A stretch of 64,000 nucleotides of DNA from an uncultured Gemmatimonadales bacterium (GTDB lineage Bacteria > Gemmatimonadota > Gemmatimonadetes > Gemmatimonadales > GWC2-71-9), in contig CAVZZO010000001.1 of NCBI GenBank assembly GCA_963779755.1, positions 1,945,650 to 2,009,649 of the forward strand, read 5' to 3'. A program made the translations under genes and the position numbers. The stretch's first letter is position 1, and each line of letters begins with the position of its first letter. Shown here in pieces: positions 53,391 through 64,000 of this stretch. The notes under the pieces are model-generated. The model searched no databases and had not been told where the DNA came from. It worked only from the letters and a program-made list of their open reading frames with translations.

Positions 53391-54683
53391 TCACCCGAGT
53401 GCCGCGCGCCGGCGTTCCAGCTCGCCGGCCAGGAGGGCGCGCGTCTCTTCCGGCACGCCGGTGGCACGCGCCTGCCGCTCCCAGCCGGCCACCGCGGCAA
53501 TCGCCTGGTCGATGACCTTCCCGGCCCCCTTCACGGCGAACTGGTGTCCCACCGACAGCAGGTCGGTGCGGGTGATGCCCTCGCGCTTGTCGGCCACCCG
53601 CATCTGGTGCCGGCTGGTGAAGCCGTGGCCGCGGGCGAAGGTGATGTCGTAGGCCGGCGCCAGCCGCCAGCTCCCCTCCGGGGTCATCTGGAAGGACAGG
53701 TTCTTCACGTGGTCGTCCTGGTTGACCGCGACGACGTTGAACACCATGCGACGGTAGCCCTGCTCCACCGCGGCGGGCGGCAGACCCAGTCGCAGGACGG
53801 TGCGCAGGTATTCCTCGTAACTGCTCGCACCCGCGTCGTTATAGTCGAGGTGGAGCAGACCGCCCAGCGTGTGCTGATGCAGCCGGGTACCGTCCGGGTC
53901 CAGGTCGAACCGGCGGATGAGCAGGTGGGCGTAACCGCCGGCCCCTTCCAGCACTTCGACATGCGCCATGTCCACCCCGGCCTCCCCGGCCATGCGGGCG
54001 TAGGCCGCTTCGATCCGGTTGTAGGGGGCCGGTTGTTCCAGATGATCCCGCCGCAGCGCGTCGCCCACGCCGTCGAACTTGATGATGTACGGCTCATCCC
54101 CGGCCTGCGGTGTGGCATAGCCCGAGCGGATCCGGCCTGATGGGCGGTTGTACAGGACCAGGGCCTTGGGCCGCATGCCGCCGGCCGAGGAGCCGATGCG
54201 GTAGATCTCCGGCACCGCCACGTCGGGTTTCCCTTCGATCACCTTGCGGGCGTCGCGCACCAGGGCGGCCACCTCCAGCGACTCCTGTTCGGCGGGGCGG
54301 CCCGGCAGCTGCACCTCGGGATGGTAGGTGAGGGCGCCGATGGCCCGCCGGCCGACGTAGAGCAGGCGCTGCACCGGGGACATGGCGCGCTCGGTCTGCC
54401 CGCGGGCGGTGTAGAAGGCCCGGATCACCAGGTTGCCGAAGGAATCGGGCAGGGAATCGGCGAAGACGCCGGGCAGGCCGTTGAAGGCCTCCTTGCGGCG
54501 CAGCTCGTCAAAGGAAACCGCCTGCGCGAGTGACAGCGGGAGGTGCAGGGGGGAGATCTCCAGCCCGCTGCGGCGGAAGGCGGGATCGTACTCGAAGACG
54601 ATGCGACCGTCGTCCATTTCGGCGACCGCGCCAACCGTGCGGTCCCAGAGCCGGACTTCCGCCAGGCAGCGTACCTCAGGCAT
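53391..54683 (-). CDS. hipA: HipA family type II toxin (Ser/Thr kinase)
   Basis: N-terminal HipA_N-like region (EVRLWDRTVG...FEYDP...ISPL.LP, GVFADSLPD); P-loop GSSAGGMRPK; catalytic NQDDHVKNLSF; LAPAYD. Confidence 0.9.
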   Translation of the reverse strand: MPEVRCLAEVRLWDRTVGAVAEMDDGRIVFEYDPAFRRSGLEISPLHLPLSLAQAVSFDELRRKEAFNGLPGVFADSLPDSFGNLVIRAFYTARGQTERAMSPVQRLLYVGRRAIGALTYHPEVQLPGRPAEQESLEVAALVRDARKVIEGKPDVAVPEIYRIGSSAGGMRPKALVLYNRPSGRIRSGYATPQAGDEPYIIKFDGVGDALRRDHLEQPAPYNRIEAAYARMAGEAGVDMAHVEVLEGAGGYAHLLIRRFDLDPDGTRLHQHTLGGLLHLDYNDAGASSYEEYLRTVLRLGLPPAAVEQGYRRMVFNVVAVNQDDHVKNLSFQMTPEGSWRLAPAYDITFARGHGFTSRHQMRVADKREGITRTDLLSVGHQFAVKGAGKVIDQAIAAVAGWERQARATGVPEETRALLAGELERRRAALG

Positions 54684-54978
54684 CGGGACGCCCCTTTCCG
54701 GCCTTCTTTGCCTGGCGCAGAAGGGCGATGGGGCTCACCTCCGGTGCCGGGATGAACGCATCCAGCGCACCCAGACGGCCGTAGACCCGGAGCATGCGGA
54801 TGATGGTGAGCAGGGTGGGGTTCTGGCCCTGTTCCGCTCGCGCCACCGTCTGGCGCGTGAGCCCGGCCTGCCGGGCAACCTCCTGCTGCTGGCGCGATCC
54901 CCGGAGTGCCCGCAGCCGGCGGCCAATATTCTGGAGGATCTCCGGGTCGGCCATTTCGGTGAATGATGTATTTGGCAT
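54676..54978 (-). CDS. XRE-family HTH protein (HipB-like antitoxin)
   Basis: IGRRLRALR..RQQQEVARQAGLTRQTVARAEQG.NPTL; overlaps the hipA start by 8 bp. Confidence 0.88.
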   Translation of the reverse strand: MPNTSFTEMADPEILQNIGRRLRALRGSRQQQEVARQAGLTRQTVARAEQGQNPTLLTIIRMLRVYGRLGALDAFIPAPEVSPIALLRQAKKAGKGRPDA

Positions 54979-55064
54979 ATCCCGCGTTCCGGGCCGGGGA
55001 AGTTCGATACAAAGCACAGAAGGAATGTACTCGGAAGCCATCTGGAAGACAAGTCATCTGTGGA

Positions 55065-55105
55065 TGATATATCAAACTTATATGGCTATTACTAGCACAT
55101 AAGTT
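55065..55105. promoter_or_regulatory. AT-rich palindromes upstream of the hipBA-like operon; candidate operator
   Basis: Perfect TGATATATCA (55065-55074) and imperfect AACTTAT..GCTA/TAGC..ATAAGTT (55075-55105). Confidence 0.45.
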
Positions 55106-55350
55106 ATATATATTTTGCTCATCGACGCGCATGGAGCGGGACTCGGAACCTGGTCTCCTCTGCCGCACCGGCTCCCGCCACTGGCTGCTGCCGGACGGGG
55201 CGCCGGGGACCACGCCGGTGGCCGCCGGAATCCATCGCTGCTTCGGTGACGTGCTGGTGGTCACTTCATCTCCGGCATTCCGGCGAAACCATGCAGTGCC
55301 GGAGCGTCCGCTCCGGCGAGCGGGGGGAGGCACCACAACCGGGAGCGCGC

Positions 55351-55674
55351 ATGGCCGGGGAGGGCAGGCAGGAGCTGAATCGCCAATTGGGCCAGCTGGA
55401 GGATCAGATGCCGGACCGGCTTGCCCGCTTCATCGAATGGTTGCGGCATCCCTCCTCCCGCTGGGTGCGGATTCCCCTTGCCATCATCTGCATCGGCGCC
55501 GGCTTCCTGGGCTTCCTTCCCATCCTCGGCTTCTGGATGTTGCCCCTGGGGGTGCTGCTGCTGGCGCAGGATATCCCCTTTCTGCGGAAGCCGACCGCCC
55601 GGGCCCTGGAGCGGGTGGAAGACACCTGGGGCGAGCTCAAGCAGAAATGGCGGGAGCGGAAACGCGGCCATTGA
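55351..55674 (+). CDS. Small hypothetical membrane protein
   Basis: Hydrophobic hairpin GFLPILGFWMLPLGVLLLAQDIPFL; GGGAG upstream of the ATG at 55351. Confidence 0.7.
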   Translation: MAGEGRQELNRQLGQLEDQMPDRLARFIEWLRHPSSRWVRIPLAIICIGAGFLGFLPILGFWMLPLGVLLLAQDIPFLRKPTARALERVEDTWGELKQKWRERKRGH

Positions 55675-55728
55675 GGCGCGCGTGGAGAAAGGCAGGGCTC
55701 ACCCGACCGATTGCGAAGGAGTCGATCA

Positions 55729-57408
55729 ATGGGAAACGATCCCCATCAGCCTCATATCGACGATCTCTGGTACAAGAACGCCATTATCTACTGCCTCGAT
55801 GTCGAAAAATACATCGACGCAAATGGCGATGGCATTGGAGACTTTGCCGGCCTGACCCGGCGGCTGGATTACCTCGCCGGCCTGGGCGTCACCTGCCTGT
55901 GGCTGCAGCCGTTCTATCCCTCTCCCAATCGCGACAACGGCTACGACGTCTCCGATTATTACGGGGTGCACCCCAAACACGGCACCCTGGGGGAGTTCGT
56001 GGAGTTCATGAACCACGCACAGCAGATCGGCCTGCGGGTGATCGTCGACCTGGTCGTCAATCATACCTCCGAACGGCATCCCTGGTTTCGCGCCGCGCGG
56101 AAGGACCCCGCTTCGTACTACCGGGACTGGTACGTATGGTCGACGACGCGGCCGGCCGACTGGAACAAGGGGGTGGTGTTTCCGGGCGTGCAGAAAGCGA
56201 CCTGGAGCCGTGATCCCGTGGCCGGCGAGTATTACTTCCACCGGTTCTATGACTTTCAACCGGACCTCAACACCGGCAATCCTGCGGTGCAGCAGGAAAT
56301 CATGCGCATCATGGGGTTCTGGCTGCAGCTTGGCGTGTCCGGATTCCGGATGGACGCCGTGCCGTTTCTGATCGAAGCCAAAGGGGCGGGTGTCGCCCCG
56401 CGCAAGCATTACGACATGCTCCACCTGCTGCGCGACTTCCTCCAGTGGCGCCGGCGGGACGCCATCCTGCTCGCGGAGGCCAATGTGCCTCCCGCCGAGA
56501 GCATGCACTACTTCGGCGACAGCGGCGACGACCTGCAGATGATGCTGAACTTTCCGGTCAACCAGCGGCTGTTCTATGCCCTCGCCACCGGGGATATCCG
56601 ACCCCTGGTGCGAGCGCTGGAGGCCACCTACCAGCGGCCGCCGGCGGCACAATGGGTGAATTTTCTTCGCAGCCATGACGAGCTGGATCTCGGCCGCCTG
56701 ACGGACCGGCAGCGCGAGCGCGTGTTTGAGGCCTTCGCGCCGGCCAAAGAGATGCGATTGTACCAGCGCGGGATCCGGCGCCGGCTGGCGCCGATGCTCG
56801 ACAACGACCGCAGCAAGCTGGAGCTGGCCTTCAGTCTGCTGTTCACGTTGCCCGGCACCCCGATGCTGCAGTTCGGCGATGAAATCGGCCTGGGTGACGA
56901 CCTCTCCCTTCCGGAACGGGAGTGCGCCCGGACGCCGATGCAGTGGTCCAGCGCGGAGCACGGCGGCTTCACCACCGGCAAGCCCGTAGCACCGGTCATC
57001 GCGGACCCGATCTACGGATATCAGCGCGTCAGTGTCGAAGCCCAGCGTCGCGACCCGCATTCGCTGCTGAACTGGATGGAACGAAAGATCCGGATGCGCA
57101 AGGAATGCCCGGAGATCAGCTGGGGCGACTGGAAGATCCTGAAGACCGATCAACCCGGGGTGCTGGTGATGCGGTATCAGTGGGATGACCGCACCCTGGT
57201 GACGCTGCACAACTTGACGGCCAAGCCGCGGGCGGTCGTGCTCGATCGGTCGGCCGTGGGCGCCGACACCGGCAGCGGCACGCTCGTCGATCTGCTCGCC
57301 ACCAACGACAGCCACGCCGACGAGAGCGGCCGCTACGCCATCCAGCTTCAGCCGCATGACTATCGCTGGCTGCGCGCCGGCGGCATCGAGCTCAGCGTCC
57401 GGCCATGA
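55729..57408 (+). CDS. GH13 trehalose synthase-like / alpha-amylase family protein
   Basis: LWYKNAIIY, DGIGDF, DNGYDVSDY, DLVVNHTS..HPWF, QPDLN; catalytic triad regions GFRMDAVP, LAEAN, RSHDEL; GIRRRLAP. AAGGAG RBS. Confidence 0.9.
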   Translation: MGNDPHQPHIDDLWYKNAIIYCLDVEKYIDANGDGIGDFAGLTRRLDYLAGLGVTCLWLQPFYPSPNRDNGYDVSDYYGVHPKHGTLGEFVEFMNHAQQIGLRVIVDLVVNHTSERHPWFRAARKDPASYYRDWYVWSTTRPADWNKGVVFPGVQKATWSRDPVAGEYYFHRFYDFQPDLNTGNPAVQQEIMRIMGFWLQLGVSGFRMDAVPFLIEAKGAGVAPRKHYDMLHLLRDFLQWRRRDAILLAEANVPPAESMHYFGDSGDDLQMMLNFPVNQRLFYALATGDIRPLVRALEATYQRPPAAQWVNFLRSHDELDLGRLTDRQRERVFEAFAPAKEMRLYQRGIRRRLAPMLDNDRSKLELAFSLLFTLPGTPMLQFGDEIGLGDDLSLPERECARTPMQWSSAEHGGFTTGKPVAPVIADPIYGYQRVSVEAQRRDPHSLLNWMERKIRMRKECPEISWGDWKILKTDQPGVLVMRYQWDDRTLVTLHNLTAKPRAVVLDRSAVGADTGSGTLVDLLATNDSHADESGRYAIQLQPHDYRWLRAGGIELSVRP

Positions 57409-57426
57409 GGCCCCGCGCGGCGCCCC

Positions 57427-61505
<4,079 letters not shown>

Positions 61506-61704
61506 CACTGTAAAGCCCTCATGCGAAGAGAACCGCGGGGCAGGTCCGCCGCGCCCCAACGTGCGCCGGGAAGTATACCCGCAGGGGGTCTACGACGCGC
61601 GGATCACCCCGGGTCATCGACGCAATCAGGTCCACGGATCACACAGGCGCTGAAAGCGGGACACCTCTCCGACCGGGAACACAGAAAATGGCCGCGGAAC
61701 CGCT

Positions 61705-62403
61705 TCACTCCGTCCGCAGCCGGTATCCGACGCCGGATTCCGTCGTCAGCAGCCGGGGGCGTGCCGGGTCCCGCTCCAGCTTGTGCCGCAGCTGGGCCAT
61801 GTACACCCGGAGATACTGGGTGTGCTCGATGTAGCCCTGGCCCCAGACTTCCTTGAGCAGCTGCCGGTGGGTGACCACCTTGCCTGCATGGCGGATGAGG
61901 GTGGCCAGCAGCTTGTACTCCGTCGGCGTGAGGTGCACCTCCCGGCCGCCGAACCGCACCTCGCGCCGGCCGAGGTCCACTGTCAGGTCTCCGGCCACGA
62001 AGACCGGGTCGGGTGAGCCCCCTGGAGGCAGGGCCGCGTGCCGCAGGGCGACGCGGATCCGGGCCAGCAGCTCCGGGACGCCGAACGGCTTGGTCAGGTA
62101 ATCGTCGGCGCCGATATCCAGCGCCGCCACCTTGTCCTGCTCTCTGCCGCGTGCCGAAATGACGATGATGGGCGTGGTGGTCCACTCCCGCACCTGCCGG
62201 GTGAGCTCCAGCCCGTCCATGTCGGGCAGCCCCAGGTCCAGCAGGATGACCTCGGGGTTGCGGCCGGCCACCTGGGCCAGGCCATCCCGTCCGGTGGTGG
62301 CTTCGACCAGTTGATAGTCCAGATTCCCCAGTGCGGCGCGCAGGAACCGCCGCATCGGCGGCTCGTCCTCGATCAGAAGAATGACGGGTGGCGATCCGGA
62401 CAT
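61705..62403 (-). CDS. kdpE: KdpE two-component response regulator (OmpR family)
   Basis: LIEDE, ILLDLGLPDMDG, ISAR, GADDYLTKPF, LTPTEY, LLKEVWG, YLRVYMAQLRHKLE.DP.RP. Confidence 0.93.
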   Translation of the reverse strand: MSGSPPVILLIEDEPPMRRFLRAALGNLDYQLVEATTGRDGLAQVAGRNPEVILLDLGLPDMDGLELTRQVREWTTTPIIVISARGREQDKVAALDIGADDYLTKPFGVPELLARIRVALRHAALPPGGSPDPVFVAGDLTVDLGRREVRFGGREVHLTPTEYKLLATLIRHAGKVVTHRQLLKEVWGQGYIEHTQYLRVYMAQLRHKLERDPARPRLLTTESGVGYRLRTE

Positions 62404-62410
62404 GGCGGTC

Positions 62411-64000
62411 TCAGACCTCGGCCGCTTCGACCGGGGTATCCAGCGGGGGCGCACCGGCCAACGGGATGGCGAAGCGGAACAGCCCGCCTCCTCCCGGGCG
62501 CGGCTCCGCCCAGATCCGCCCACCATGCGCCCGGAGGATACCGCGACAGATGGTGAGGCCGAGTCCGGTGCCGGCCGCGGCCCCGGGAGTCGAGGCCCGA
62601 TGGAACTTGTCGAACACTGTCTCTTCTTCGTCCGGCGGAATCCCCGGTCCGCGGTCGGCCACGCTCACCACGATGTCCCCGCCTTCCTTGCGGGCGGTGA
62701 TTTCGATGGGGGTACCCTCGGGGGTGTAGCGGGCGGCATTCTCCAGCAGATTGATAAAGACCTGCTCCATCAGCAGGCCGTCGACCGGTACCAGGAGCAT
62801 GTCGGGCAGGTGGACCTCGACCGGATGCTGCTGCAGCTGGTCGCCCAGCCGCAGCAGCGCGACCCCGATGACCTCCTCCAGCGGCAGCCATTCCTTGTGC
62901 ACTCCCAGCGTGCCGGTCTCGAGCCGCATCATGTTCAGCAGGTTACCCACCAGGCGTGTCATGCGCTGCGATTCCTGCAGAATGGTCTCGGCCAGCTCCC
63001 GGCGGGCCGGCACGCCGGTGACGGCCGGATCCTGCAACAGGCTGCTGGCCGCGCCTTCGATGCTTCCGAGCGGCGTCCGCAGGTCATGGGAGAGCGAGCT
63101 GAGCAATGAGCTGCGGAGACGCTCGGCTTCGATTTCCATCTGGGCGTTGCGGTTGCGCTCCGCCAGCCGGGCCCGCTCCAGCGCAATCGCCGCCTGGCCG
63201 GCGAAGGTCTCCAGCAGGCGCCGCTGGACCGGATCGCGAAGGCGGGACGGATCCGCGGCCCAGACACCCGCGATGCCGACGGCCCGGCCGGACACGGTGA
63301 GCGGCAGATAGAGGCCCGACGCCGCGGGAAGCGTATCGGTGCTGGCGCCGGCGGGCAGCCGGTGCTCATAGGCCCAGCGGGCCACGCTGCGTTCCTTCCA
63401 GCTCGCCAGCGGCCCCTCGCCGGGCCAGATGAGATCGCCGCCGGGGCCCGGCAGGACAATGGCGACCGTGCTGTCGAGCGTTTCCTCCATGTGGCGGCTG
63501 GCGATTCCGGCCAGGGCCTTTTCATCCGCGGTGGCGGCCAACTCGCGGCTCATGGCATAGAGCGTCGCCGTCCGGCGCTCGCGTTCCCGGGCCGTCTCGG
63601 CCTGTCGGCGGATGCGGGCGGTGAGCCGGCTCATCACCAGCGCCACGACCAGCATCATCAGAAAACTGAGGAAATACTGGCTGTCGGAGACATCCAGGGT
63701 CCCGTAGGGCCGGACGAAGAGGAAATCGAACGCCGCGATGGTCAGGACCGAGGCGAGGACCGCGGCGGGCTGGGAGAACCTGGTGCCGACGATCACGACT
63801 TCCAGCAGGAAGAGCATCGCGACGTCGATGATCTTGAGATGCGTTCGCAGCGGCAGGAGGAGAATGGTCGTGAGCGCCACGATCCCGGCGGCCCGCACGT
63901 ATTCCCGGAGCGGTGTCGCCTGCCGTGCCGGGACGAGCCGGCTCGGCAGGGCCGGGGATCCCTCGCCGGTCACCACGTACACGTCGATGGTGCCGCTCTG
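62411..64000 (-). CDS. kdpD: KdpD sensor histidine kinase (5' part lies outside the window)
   Basis: End of the USP-like region (IDVYVV), 4-TM DUF4118 region (AFDFLFVRPY), GAF domain, H-box LSSLSHDLRTPL, NLLENA, DRGPG, GTGLGL; adjacent to kdpE. Confidence 0.93.
   Translation of the reverse strand, partial: QSGTIDVYVVTGEGSPALPSRLVPARQATPLREYVRAAGIVALTTILLLPLRTHLKIIDVAMLFLLEVVIVGTRFSQPAAVLASVLTIAAFDFLFVRPYGTLDVSDSQYFLSFLMMLVVALVMSRLTARIRRQAETARERERRTATLYAMSRELAATADEKALAGIASRHMEETLDSTVAIVLPGPGGDLIWPGEGPLASWKERSVARWAYEHRLPAGASTDTLPAASGLYLPLTVSGRAVGIAGVWAADPSRLRDPVQRRLLETFAGQAAIALERARLAERNRNAQMEIEAERLRSSLLSSLSHDLRTPLGSIEGAASSLLQDPAVTGVPARRELAETILQESQRMTRLVGNLLNMMRLETGTLGVHKEWLPLEEVIGVALLRLGDQLQQHPVEVHLPDMLLVPVDGLLMEQVFINLLENAARYTPEGTPIEITARKEGGDIVVSVADRGPGIPPDEEETVFDKFHRASTPGAAAGTGLGLTICRGILRAHGGRIWAEPRPGGGGLFRFAIPLAGAPPLDTPVEAAEV

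Overview
Very GC-rich bacterial chromosomal segment. The 'RLxxALADRY...GGMATVYLAxDLRHDRxVAVKVLRP' kinase type and intergenic 7-8-mer tandem repeats suggest Gemmatimonadota, but this is inference. In order, the window contains: (1) a ~23 kb Wzx/Wzy-type surface polysaccharide locus with a priming sugar transferase, WlbA/B/C-like oxidoreductase, acetyltransferase and aminotransferase, a deacetylase-like protein, a bi-domain oxidoreductase, an AsnB-like amidotransferase, heparinase II/III, GT4s, a flippase, a Wzy/ligase, Wzz and a methyltransferase; (2) an aroF - chorismate mutase - fused PDT/TyrA operon preceded by an unannotated, apparently leaderless Phe/Tyr-rich leader peptide and a terminator/antiterminator pair, i.e. 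a ribosome-mediated attenuator; (3) tRNA-Ile2(CAU); (4) a membrane Ser/Thr kinase with a TolB-like propeller next to an FHA-TM-lytic transglycosylase; (5) a GH3 glucosidase whose signal peptide is partly encoded by a 26-bp inverted repeat; (6) a twice-repeated 147-bp structured element; (7) ppsA, cyanophycin cphB-cphA, a lipocalin and a cyclic beta-1,2-glucan synthase; (8) an ArsP-like permease/thioredoxin/FMO module with an ArsR-type operator; (9) a hipB/hipA-like TA pair; (10) TreS-like GH13, GH2, an SGNH esterase, kdpE and a truncated kdpD. No CRISPR array, integrase or transposase was seen. All calls come from reading motifs by eye; no database searches were run.
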